A DNA stretch of 64,000 nt from assembly GCA_947064765.1 (NCBI GenBank), contig CAMSWH010000005.1, forward strand, positions 1,853 to 65,852, given 5' to 3'. Below are positions 16,331 to 25,096 of the stretch, piece after piece. This stretch comes from an uncultured Clostridium sp. (GTDB lineage Bacteria; Bacillota; Clostridia; TANB77; CAG-508). A model generated the notes under the pieces. The model saw nothing but the letters and a program-made list of their open reading frames with translations. It searched no databases and had not been told where the DNA came from. Position 1 is the stretch's first letter. The number at the start of each line of letters is the position of its first letter. The position numbers and the translations under genes were made by a program.

Positions 16331-16735
16331 ATGAGTGAAGAGGAAAAGAAAGCAATAGAACAAGTTAAAAAGTTATTAGAAAATGCAAATCCTTTTACAA
16401 TGCAACCATACATATATTTTTCATTAGAAAAAGTATTAAATATAATAGAAAAACAAAATAAAGAACTAGATATAGTAAAAACAAATTATGAAATATTACA
16501 AGGAGAAGTAGATAGGATTGGAATAGATACATTAAAACTTGAAAAAGGTTCATCAACTGATGATATTATTGAAGAAATAGAGATAAAAGACAAGATGATA
16601 GATTTAATGAGTGAACAATTAGCAGAAATAAAAATATGGGATTATAAGAAAGATACAAATATTTTAAAAGTGAAAGAAGAAGTAAAAGAACAGTTTAGAA
16701 AGAAGGTAGAAAATGAAAGAATATGTAATATCTGA
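16331..16735 (+). CDS. hypothetical coiled-coil protein
   Basis: 134 aa. Start abuts the previous stop. Confidence 0.5.
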   Translation: MSEEEKKAIEQVKKLLENANPFTMQPYIYFSLEKVLNIIEKQNKELDIVKTNYEILQGEVDRIGIDTLKLEKGSSTDDIIEEIEIKDKMIDLMSEQLAEIKIWDYKKDTNILKVKEEVKEQFRKKVENERICNI

Positions 16736-17237
16736 TTTACACTTTGGGCATAAAAATATAATAAAATATGAAAACAGACCATTTGAGAATATTGAAGAAA
16801 TGGATAAGAATTTGATAGAAATGTGGAACAATACTGCTAATAGAGAAGATTTAATTTATATTTTGGGTGATTTTAGCTGGTATAATGGGGCAAAAACTAA
16901 TGAATTATTAAAAAATTTAAATGGAAGAAAAATATTAGTGATAGGAAACCACGATTCGAATTTCTTAACTAAAAAAGATTTTGATAAATCTTTATTTGAT
17001 GAAATATGTAATTATAAAGAAGTAAAAATAAATAAAAAATTAATATGTATGTCACATTATCCTATTGCAGATTGGAATGGAAAAGAAAATGGAAGTATCC
17101 ATTTATTTGGACATATTCATACAATAGATAATGAAGCACAAAAATATATGAGTGAATTAAGATTGAATGGATATAATTGTTTTAATGTAGGATATGATAT
17201 ACAAAAAAGATTAGTAGAATTAAATGAATATTTATAG
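16713..17237 (+). CDS. calcineurin-like metallophosphoesterase
   Basis: Motifs DLHFGH, LGDF, GNHD, HYP and GHIH occur in canonical order. 174 aa. Confidence 0.8.
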   Translation: MKEYVISDLHFGHKNIIKYENRPFENIEEMDKNLIEMWNNTANREDLIYILGDFSWYNGAKTNELLKNLNGRKILVIGNHDSNFLTKKDFDKSLFDEICNYKEVKINKKLICMSHYPIADWNGKENGSIHLFGHIHTIDNEAQKYMSELRLNGYNCFNVGYDIQKRLVELNEYL

Positions 17238-17249
17238 GAGGTTTAATAT

Positions 17250-18062
17250 ATGGCTAGAGAAGAAGAAATAATGAAAAGAGTGCAAGAGCATTATAAGTAT
17301 CTTAAAGATAAAGGATATGAAATTGTATTTTTATCATTACAAGGCTCTCAAAATTATGGATTAGATATATATGACGAAGAGTATATGTCAGATATTGATA
17401 CTAAAGCAGTTATATTACCGTCATTTAAAGATTTTGTATATAACAAGCAACCAGTAAGTGAAACTTTAGTGCTAGAAAATAATGAGCATATAGATGTAAA
17501 AGATATTAGAGTAATGTTTGAAACTTATAAAAAACAAAATATAAATTTTATAGAAACTATATTTACAGATTTTAAAATAATAAATCCGAAATATGAAAGT
17601 GTAGTTAAACCATTATTCGATAATGCGGAAGAAATTGCACATATAAATTACAATCAAGCATTAAGATGTATGGCTGGTATGAGTATGGAAAAACTAAAAG
17701 CATTGCAACACCCATATCCAACTATTAAAGACAAAATAGATAAATATGGATATGACCCAAAACAATTACATCATATACTTAGAATGAATGATTTTATTAA
17801 AGAGTATGCTAGTGGAAAAACATATAAAGAATGTTTAATATCTAAAGATAGAAATTATTTAATACAAATAAAAAAAGGTGTTTTGCCTGAGAAGGAAGCA
17901 GTAGAATTGGCAAATATAACAGATAAAGAAACAAAATTAATAAAAGATACATACTTAAAAGAATATGATGAAATAAATCAAAAAGGATTAGATATATTAA
18001 ATAAAGTAAAATATAATATTTTGAAAAGGAAATTTAAAGAAGATTTAGAGAAAGAAGAATAA
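17250..18062 (+). CDS. Pol-beta nucleotidyltransferase of the 'predicted nucleotidyltransferase'/RlaP type
   Basis: LSLQGSQNYGLDIYDEEYMSDIDTKAVILPS fits GS..YG....SD.D of that family. 270 aa with a helical C-terminal domain. Confidence 0.6.
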   Translation: MAREEEIMKRVQEHYKYLKDKGYEIVFLSLQGSQNYGLDIYDEEYMSDIDTKAVILPSFKDFVYNKQPVSETLVLENNEHIDVKDIRVMFETYKKQNINFIETIFTDFKIINPKYESVVKPLFDNAEEIAHINYNQALRCMAGMSMEKLKALQHPYPTIKDKIDKYGYDPKQLHHILRMNDFIKEYASGKTYKECLISKDRNYLIQIKKGVLPEKEAVELANITDKETKLIKDTYLKEYDEINQKGLDILNKVKYNILKRKFKEDLEKEE

Positions 18063-18065
18063 AAA

Positions 18066-18185
18066 ATGTCTAAAGAAATAACAAGACAAGCAGTAATGAA
18101 AAAGATACAAGAAGTAAAAGCAATGAAGTTAGGCAAAGTAGGAGAAATAATAATAAAAATTTTAAAAGAGCTACTTGAAGAATAA
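18066..18185 (+). CDS. 39-aa hypothetical peptide
   Basis: MSKEITRQAVMKKIQEVKAMKLGKVGEIIIKILKELLEE. Confidence 0.25.
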   Translation: MSKEITRQAVMKKIQEVKAMKLGKVGEIIIKILKELLEE

Positions 18186-18213
18186 AAACAAAAACATCAT
18201 AAATAATAACTTT

Positions 18214-18441
18214 ATGAGTGAAGAAGAAATAATAAAACTTTGGAAAAGTGGATTAAATAAAAATCAAGTAGCAAAGATATACATGAGACAATATAATCAA
18301 CGAATAAAGATAATAAGATTAGATATTAAGCACAGAAATGAGAGATTTATAACATATTATGAGGCTTTAAACAGAGTGGAGAAATTAATTTTAAAAGAAA
18401 TAAAAAAAGGAGGCACAAATGAACAGACAAGACCTATTTGA
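18214..18441 (+). CDS. small HTH-like protein
   Basis: MSEEEIIKLWKSGLNKNQVAKIYMRQYNQ. The ORF opens at TTG 18175; ATG 18214 is the likelier start. Confidence 0.4.
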   Translation: MSEEEIIKLWKSGLNKNQVAKIYMRQYNQRIKIIRLDIKHRNERFITYYEALNRVEKLILKEIKKGGTNEQTRPI

Positions 18442-18841
18442 TTATAAAAATAATAAAATATGGGTAAAAGATAGAATTAAAGATGTTACGGAAAGAAAAG
18501 AACTATTAAACAAATTAACTGCAACTTATGGAGATAATGCTAGAGGTAGTTCAAGTGTTCAAGATAAAATAGCAGATGATTTAGCAGTATTAATGGATCA
18601 AACAGTAGAGTATGAAAAGATTTTATTAAAATTAAAAGAAAAAGTTATTAAAATAGAAAACATAATAGAACAAATAGAAAATAGTACATATAGAAATATA
18701 CTTTATAAAATGTATATAAGTGAAACTCCTGAAAATTTAACGGAGATTTCAAACGATATAGATAAAGAATATAAGCATACTTGTAAATTACATGGATATG
18801 CATTAAAAGAATTTGATGTGATATGTTTAGAAAAGAAATAA
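18419..18841 (+). CDS. ArpU/RinA-like late transcriptional regulator (sigma region-4-like)
   Basis: 140 aa. Last gene before the packaging module. STYRNILYKMYISETPENLTEISNDIDKEYKHTCKLHGYALKEF resembles that class. Confidence 0.5.
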   Translation: MNRQDLFDYKNNKIWVKDRIKDVTERKELLNKLTATYGDNARGSSSVQDKIADDLAVLMDQTVEYEKILLKLKEKVIKIENIIEQIENSTYRNILYKMYISETPENLTEISNDIDKEYKHTCKLHGYALKEFDVICLEKK

Positions 18842-18844
18842 ATA

Positions 18845-18897
18845 AATCACGACAAAAGAGGTTGAATCACGACAATTAAATTTGATATATGTATAAT
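18845..18897 (+). promoter_or_regulatory. candidate activator-dependent late promoter with two AATCACGACAA direct repeats
   Basis: Repeats at 18845-18855 and 18865-18875, 20-bp period. TATAAT at 18892-18897. The second repeat occupies the -35 position, and there is no TTGACA-like hexamer. Confidence 0.4.
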
Positions 18898-18905
18898 AGA
18901 AATAA

Positions 18906-18946
18906 ATACAGAAAGGACTTTTAATCTTCGTCTGTTCTTTCTGTAT
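18906..18946 (+). other. 10-bp perfect hairpin without a T-run
   Basis: atacagaaag / ctttctgtat with a 21-nt loop. Confidence 0.5.
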
Positions 18947-18967
18947 ACTCATAAAATTAAGGTTGAA

Positions 18968-18996
18968 AAGATTATCAGAAATGATAGTCTTTTTTA
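18968..18996 (+). terminator. Rho-independent terminator
   Basis: aagattatca / (a)tgatagtctt (one mismatch) followed by TTTTT. Confidence 0.55.
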
Positions 18997-19064
18997 TTTC
19001 GAAAATTAATTACTAGAGTTAATTTTATAGATTGTATCTCCTTGAATTTTTTATATATTTATAA

Positions 19065-19097
19065 AAATCAGCGATTCTAGTTAGCTGATTTTTGTTT
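19065..19097 (+). terminator. Rho-independent terminator
   Basis: aaatcagc / gctgattt followed by tttgtttt. Confidence 0.55.
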
Positions 19098-19210
19098 TAG
19101 AAAGGGACATATGGAAAAGATAAAACAAATTGAAAAGTGTATGACAAAACAATGTGAGTTTTGTAATAGAAAAAGCAAATGTGATAGAGAAATAGAAAAG
19201 GAGCAAGACT

Positions 19211-19441
19211 ATGGAACTAACACAAGAACAAATAAATAGTTTAACAGATGCTTTTAATAGAATAATAGAAACCTTTAGAGAAGTTTACAAGAAATTAAAG
19301 GAAATATTTTCAAAATTTATTAATTTTATAGATTTCAATAAATTAAAGAAAATAAAAAAAGCAGAAGGAATATTAAATAGAACAAAAAGTAGAAGAATAA
19401 AGAAAAAGCAATTAAGTATAATATCAAAGTTGCTTGAGTAA
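19211..19441 (+). CDS. hypothetical basic protein upstream of terminase
   Basis: 76 aa with a K/R-rich C-terminus. Could be a small DNA-binding packaging factor. Confidence 0.4.
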   Translation: MELTQEQINSLTDAFNRIIETFREVYKKLKEIFSKFINFIDFNKLKKIKKAEGILNRTKSRRIKKKQLSIISKLLE

Positions 19442-19455
19442 GCAGGTGAGGAAGT

Positions 19456-21069
19456 GTGGCTAATGAACAAAATTTAATACCAATTGAACAAGTGAACTCG
19501 AGACGAACTCGAGAGGAACATTCAAAAGATAGTTCAAAAGGTGGTAAAAAATCGGGAGAAGTAAGAAAACAAAAAAAGAAGATGAAAGAAACAATAAACA
19601 TGTTGCTTTCTCTTGAATTGCCAGATGGCTCAGATAGCAGAACTCAATTAGAAAATTTGGGCATTGAAGATGAGGACTTAAATGTGCAAACTCAAATTCT
19701 CATGCAACAAACGTTAAAAGCAATGAAAGGTAATTTAGATAGTGCTAAGTTTGTAAAAGATGTATCAGACGAATTAAATTTAGTGCCAGAAGAAAATAAA
19801 GAAAAGCAATATAAAGTATTAATACCTGCAAGAGATTTGCCACCAGCTTTTATAAATATATATAGAGATGTTATAAATCACAGATATTTAGAATATTGGT
19901 TAGAAGGTGGAAGAGCTTCCCTAAAATCTACTTTTGTTTCAGAAGCCATAGTAGAACTACTAGAAAATAACCCCAATATGTGTGCAATAGTAATTAGAAG
20001 ATATACAAACACAATGAGAGATTCAGTTTATGCACAGATGACTTGGGCTTTAGATAAATTAGGAGAGACTTATTATGAATTACCTGATGAATATGATGAA
20101 TTAAAAAGTCCATTAGAAATAACAAAGGCTTCCACAGGACAAAAGATTTATTTTAGAGGAACAGACGATGCTGGAAAAATTAAATCAATAAAACCACCAA
20201 AGGGAATGTATATAGGTGTTATATGGTATGAAGAATTTGACCAAATACAAGGAATGAATACGGTTAGAAAAATAAATCAGTCTATTGTAAGAGGTGGAAA
20301 TGACTTTTGGATTTTTTATACATATAATACACCAACAAGTAAAAATCATTTTGTAAATAAAGAAAAAAGAAAAATAAAGAAAAATAGAATAGTACATAAG
20401 TCAGACTATACTCAAGCACCAATTGAGTGGATAGGTCAGGCTTTTATTGATGAAGCAGAATTTATAAAGGAAACATCTCCAAATACGTATGAAAATGAAT
20501 ATTTAGGAAACGAGACAGGAGATGGAGGAAGCGTATTTGAAAATCTTGAAATTAGAGAGATAACAGATGAAGAAATAGCTAGTTTTGATTGGATTTATAG
20601 AGGAATAGACTGGGGTTGGTATCCTGATCCGTTTCACTATTCAAAAACGCATTTTGATGCAGCTAGAAGAATACTGTATATTTTTGATGAATATAGATGC
20701 AATAAAAAAAGTAATGCAAATACATGGAAAATACTACATGAAGAAAAAGGTGTAGATTTTGACGATTTAATAACAGCAGATTCGGCAGAGAATAAATCAA
20801 TAGGAGACTATAAAGAATATGGTGCTTTGATTAGAGGTGCTGAAAAAGGTCCAAACAGCGTTGAATATAGTATGAAGTGGTTAGCAGGTTTGGCGAAAAT
20901 AGTAATAGATAGAGTGAGATGTCCAGCAACAGCAGAAGAATTTGAAAGTTATGAACTAGAACAAGATAAAGATGGAAATTATATAACAGGATATCCAGAT
21001 GAAAATAATCATGCAATAGACTCAGTAAGATATGCAACAGAAAGAATTTGGAAAAGGAGAGGTCAATAG
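19456..21069 (+). CDS. terminase large subunit (PBSX-like) with a ~115-aa basic N-terminal extension
   Basis: GTG start after SD AGGTGAGGA. Walker-A-like WLEGGRASLKST, and the C-terminal nuclease region ends ...NHAIDSVRYA. The N-terminus carries SKGGKKSGEVRKQKKK. Confidence 0.8.
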   Translation: MANEQNLIPIEQVNSRRTREEHSKDSSKGGKKSGEVRKQKKKMKETINMLLSLELPDGSDSRTQLENLGIEDEDLNVQTQILMQQTLKAMKGNLDSAKFVKDVSDELNLVPEENKEKQYKVLIPARDLPPAFINIYRDVINHRYLEYWLEGGRASLKSTFVSEAIVELLENNPNMCAIVIRRYTNTMRDSVYAQMTWALDKLGETYYELPDEYDELKSPLEITKASTGQKIYFRGTDDAGKIKSIKPPKGMYIGVIWYEEFDQIQGMNTVRKINQSIVRGGNDFWIFYTYNTPTSKNHFVNKEKRKIKKNRIVHKSDYTQAPIEWIGQAFIDEAEFIKETSPNTYENEYLGNETGDGGSVFENLEIREITDEEIASFDWIYRGIDWGWYPDPFHYSKTHFDAARRILYIFDEYRCNKKSNANTWKILHEEKGVDFDDLITADSAENKSIGDYKEYGALIRGAEKGPNSVEYSMKWLAGLAKIVIDRVRCPATAEEFESYELEQDKDGNYITGYPDENNHAIDSVRYATERIWKRRGQ

Positions 21070-22494
21070 ATGTTTAGTACAGTAGTAGGTTGGATTAAAT
21101 CAATAATAGATAAATTATTACTAAAAGATAGTGATTCAAAAAACATAAATAAAGATATTCCAATATCAGAAGAGATGAAACAATCAATTGATTTATGGGA
21201 AAAGATGTATAAAGGACAAGCACCATGGATAAATGATGATGTAAAGAGTTTAAACTTAGAGGCTGATATATGCACAGAATTTTCAAGATTAATAATGCTT
21301 GAACATAAATCAGAATTAACAGGTAGTGAAAAATCAGATTTTATACAAAAAGAATACAAAAATGTACTTAAGGAATTAAAAAATAGTAAACTTGAGTTAG
21401 CATTAGCAACTGGAGGTTTAGTTCTTAAACCATATGTTAATAATAGTAAGTTAAATACAGATATAATTCAAGTAAATAAATTTATTCCTATGAGCTTTGA
21501 TTCAAATGGTACTGTAACATCAGGAATAGGGATAGCTCAAAATACTATTGGAAAAATAATACATACTAGATTAGAACATCATGTATTTGATGCAAATAAA
21601 AGAACCCACACAATATATAATAGATGTTATGAAAGTGACAATAAGAATGAATTGGGAAAAGAAATAGATATAAAGCAAACTATTTGGAACAACTTAAAAC
21701 CTATAGGTGTAATAAACAATGTAGACAAGCCTTTATTTGTTTATTTTAAAGTACCATTAGCAAATAATATTGATACAGAAAGTCCATTAGGTGTATCAAT
21801 ATTTTCAAGAGCTGTTGATAAAATAAAGAAAGCTGATATACAGTATGGTAGAGTTGATTGGGAATATGAGGCATCTGAAAAGGCTATTATGGTTGATGAA
21901 TTAGCATTAAGACAGCAAGACGGAAAAACACCATTAAAAAATACAATAGATAAGTTGAAAGATAGAATATATAAAACATTCAATACTGATAAAGGTGATT
22001 TTTATCAAGAATATTCGCCAGACATTAGAGACGAAGCTTATTGGAGAGGTTTGAATAGACATTTAGAAAGAATAGAATTTAGTTGTCAATTAGCATATGG
22101 AACTTTATCAGAACCTACATATTCTGATAAGACAGCAGAAGAGATTAAAACAAGTAAACAAAGGTCTTTTTCAGCTGTAGCAAAACTACAAGAAACTTTA
22201 CAAACAGCATTAGAACATTTAGTATACATCTATAATGTTTATACAACAGTATATAGACTTGCACCAGAGGGAAAAATAGAGCAATCTAACGAATGGGACG
22301 ATAGTTTAATAGTTGATAGTGAGACAGAACAAAGAATAAGGCAACAAGAAGTGAGAGAGAAATTAAGGACTAAAATAAGTTATTTAATGTGGCGATATGG
22401 ATTTACAGAGGAACAAGCAAAAGAAGAATTGAAAAGAATACAGCAAGAAACAATTGAACAAGAGAATAGTTTATATAATCAACAAGAAGAATAG
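21070..22494 (+). CDS. portal protein (SPP1 gp6-like)
   Basis: 474 aa, immediately after terminase. Size, position and acidic C-terminus fit. Confidence 0.75.
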   Translation: MFSTVVGWIKSIIDKLLLKDSDSKNINKDIPISEEMKQSIDLWEKMYKGQAPWINDDVKSLNLEADICTEFSRLIMLEHKSELTGSEKSDFIQKEYKNVLKELKNSKLELALATGGLVLKPYVNNSKLNTDIIQVNKFIPMSFDSNGTVTSGIGIAQNTIGKIIHTRLEHHVFDANKRTHTIYNRCYESDNKNELGKEIDIKQTIWNNLKPIGVINNVDKPLFVYFKVPLANNIDTESPLGVSIFSRAVDKIKKADIQYGRVDWEYEASEKAIMVDELALRQQDGKTPLKNTIDKLKDRIYKTFNTDKGDFYQEYSPDIRDEAYWRGLNRHLERIEFSCQLAYGTLSEPTYSDKTAEEIKTSKQRSFSAVAKLQETLQTALEHLVYIYNVYTTVYRLAPEGKIEQSNEWDDSLIVDSETEQRIRQQEVREKLRTKISYLMWRYGFTEEQAKEELKRIQQETIEQENSLYNQQEE

Positions 22495-22505
22495 AGGTGA
22501 TATAA

Positions 22506-24152
22506 TTGTTATCACCAAATACTTTAGAATATATAGCAGATGATGTTGTAGAAATTTACAGTAAATTAAATGAAAGAATAATCGAAGATATAGCCAGAAG
22601 ATTAGTAAATGCAGGAACGATGACAGAGTCAGCGAGATGGCAAATAAAAATAGCTCAAGAAACAGGATTATTATATGATAATATAGTTGAAATGGTTTCT
22701 GATAATATGCAAGTATCAGAAAAAGCAGTTAGACAAATATTTGAAGATGCAGCAATAGAAAGTTTAGAATTTGACGATAATATTTATAAAAAAGCAGGAT
22801 TAAATCCTATTCCAGTTATGCAAAGTGAAAATATGTTAAATATATTGAAAGCTGGAATAATTAAAACTAATGGTTATATTAATAATTTATGTATGACAAC
22901 TGCTAGTTTTGGACAAGAAGCTTTTACACAAGCTTTAGATAGTGCATATTTTGATATAACTACAGGTGCTTTTGATTATAATACAGCTATATTTAATGCG
23001 ATAGACAAATTATCTAAAGATGGAATGTATGTTTATTATCCATCTGGATATAAGAGCAAAATAGATGTTGCAGTAAGAACAAATATTGTAACAGGAATAT
23101 CACAGACAACAGGTACAATGCAGCTTGAAAGAGCTAGCGAAATGGGAACAGACTTAATGGAAATTACAGCACACGAAGGAGCGAGACCTAAGCACGAAAT
23201 ATGGCAAGGAAAGATAGTAAGCTTATCAGGCAGAAAAGGATACTTGAGTTTAACTGACATAGGATATAATAAAGTAGATGGATTTAAGGGAATCAATTGT
23301 AGACACGATTGGTTTCCTTTTTTTGAAGGCATAAGTGAAAGATCTTATACAGATAAAGAACTAAAAGAATTAAATAATCAGACAGTAAGATACAATGGTA
23401 AAGATATTAAAATATATGATGCAAGACAAATGCAAAGAAAAATGGAAGCCGATATTAGAGAAGATAAAAGACAAATTGCAGGATATAATGGAATATTAAC
23501 ATCTAATACAGATAATAAAGAATTAATTGAAGAAGTTAAATCAAGATTCGCTTTAAAATCAGTTGAATTAAAACAAAAAGAAAGTATGTTAAAAGATTTT
23601 TCAGAACAAACAGGATTAAAAAGAGATAGAGCTAGAGAAAGAATAAATAGATTTGATAAAAGTGCATCTAAAAATAATATATTTGATTTTAAAAAGTTGA
23701 CAACTGATGAAGAAGGTGCAATAATTAAATATATTAGTCCAGATAGTTATATTTTAAATGATAAATTAAGAAATAATATAGAACTTACTCAACAGGAAAT
23801 TAAATGGAGAGATAACCTTGATTCTGCATTAAAAAAATGTGAAAATTATAAAGGTAATGTAGTTAGAGTATTAGACATAAAAAATAAAAAAGAATTGGAA
23901 AAATTTATATCTTATAATGAAATCAATAAACCAGTTACATATAATGAATATTTATCATTTTCTAATAAAGGAAATTATAATGAAGATGGCAATGTATTTA
24001 TATACACAACATCTACAAAAGGAAAAGACTTAAGAAAGTTTAATCAAGAAGAAAGTGAAATTGTATATGTAAGAAATAGCAAGTTCTATGTAGAAAATGT
24101 TATTAAGAAAAATAATAAAGTTTATATATTATGGAGAGAATTAGATGAGTAA
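22506..24152 (+). CDS. SPP1 gp7 / Mu F-like head morphogenesis protein fused to a C-terminal ADP-ribosyltransferase domain
   Basis: The N-terminal part, ...EITAHEGARPKHEIWQGKI...GINCRHDW, is typical of gp7/Mu F. The C-terminal ~155 aa carry AIIKYISPDSYILNDKLRN, VVRV (Arg), YLSFSNK (S-x-S) and EESEIVYVRNSKFYV (E-x-E). Confidence 0.7.
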   Translation: MLSPNTLEYIADDVVEIYSKLNERIIEDIARRLVNAGTMTESARWQIKIAQETGLLYDNIVEMVSDNMQVSEKAVRQIFEDAAIESLEFDDNIYKKAGLNPIPVMQSENMLNILKAGIIKTNGYINNLCMTTASFGQEAFTQALDSAYFDITTGAFDYNTAIFNAIDKLSKDGMYVYYPSGYKSKIDVAVRTNIVTGISQTTGTMQLERASEMGTDLMEITAHEGARPKHEIWQGKIVSLSGRKGYLSLTDIGYNKVDGFKGINCRHDWFPFFEGISERSYTDKELKELNNQTVRYNGKDIKIYDARQMQRKMEADIREDKRQIAGYNGILTSNTDNKELIEEVKSRFALKSVELKQKESMLKDFSEQTGLKRDRARERINRFDKSASKNNIFDFKKLTTDEEGAIIKYISPDSYILNDKLRNNIELTQQEIKWRDNLDSALKKCENYKGNVVRVLDIKNKKELEKFISYNEINKPVTYNEYLSFSNKGNYNEDGNVFIYTTSTKGKDLRKFNQEESEIVYVRNSKFYVENVIKKNNKVYILWRELDE

Positions 24153-24303
24153 AAATGACAATAAACCTAGATGGTTAAAAGATATACCTAAACCTAATTA
24201 TATAGGAAAAGAAATACCACCTACAAAGGAAGATATAGAATTAAGAGAAAGATTCAAGAATGATGTTGAATCGGGTAAAATAGATAATTGGCTTGAAGAT
24301 TAA
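24145..24303 (+). CDS. 52-aa hypothetical protein
   Basis: MSKNDNKPRWLKDIPKPNYIGKEIPPTKEDIELRERFKNDVESGKIDNWLED. Overlaps the previous stop. Confidence 0.35.
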   Translation: MSKNDNKPRWLKDIPKPNYIGKEIPPTKEDIELRERFKNDVESGKIDNWLED

Positions 24304-24319
24304 TTAAATAAATTAAATC

Positions 24320-24349
24320 ATAGGCGTTCAATAGGACGTCTATTTTTTA
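24320..24349 (+). terminator. Rho-independent terminator
   Basis: ataggcgt / acgtctat (one G-U pair) followed by TTTTTT. Confidence 0.5.
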
Positions 24350-24449
24350 TACAAAAATTGCCCTTGCGTGGCTGGGCTTTAAATGGCACGATGCACAATT
24401 GACAGAGTGAACTGTCGTTTAATTTAAATCTGTGTATGAAAGGAACAAA

Positions 24450-25070
24450 ATGGAATTTTTAAAACAAATCTTAGGTGACGACCTATATTCACAAGTTGAA
24501 AGTAAAATTAATTCTTATAATTCTGACGAGAAAAATAAGAATAATCAAGTAAAAATTGTGAATTTGAGTGAAGGCAATTATGTTGGTAAAGACAAATTTG
24601 ATGCTAAGGAAACAGAGCTTACTGATTTAAAGCAACAATTAGATAATGCTAACAAACAAATTGACGATTTTAAAGAAATGGATATTGATGCCATAAAGAA
24701 AACTGCTAACGACTATAAACAAAAATTTGAACAAGCACAAAAAGAAAAAGATATAAAAATAAAAGAAATGCAGTACGATTCTGATTTAACAGAGTATATG
24801 AAAACTCTAAAAATAAATGATGATGTACATGCAGAAAATTTAAAGAAAATGATAAAAGACAAAAAACTACCATTTGAAAATGGAAAGTTAATAGGTGGAG
24901 ATGATGTAGTTAATATGTACAAAGAAAAATATCCATCTGTATTTAAAAATGAAGAGGATATACCGAATTTTGCTTCATCAACACCAGGAACTAACCAAAA
25001 TTTTATAAGTGGTGACCCAGATAAAATGGATTTTGCTACTTATAAAAAATGGAGAGAACAAAATAATTAA
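24450..25070 (+). CDS. scaffolding protein (phage GP20-like)
   Basis: MEFLKQILGDDLYSQVESKIN start and a charged coiled-coil body. Sits directly upstream of the coat gene. The ORF opens at GTG 24432. Confidence 0.7.
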   Translation: MEFLKQILGDDLYSQVESKINSYNSDEKNKNNQVKIVNLSEGNYVGKDKFDAKETELTDLKQQLDNANKQIDDFKEMDIDAIKKTANDYKQKFEQAQKEKDIKIKEMQYDSDLTEYMKTLKINDDVHAENLKKMIKDKKLPFENGKLIGGDDVVNMYKEKYPSVFKNEEDIPNFASSTPGTNQNFISGDPDKMDFATYKKWREQNN

Positions 25071-25096
25071 TAGAATAGAAAGGAAGGTATTATATT

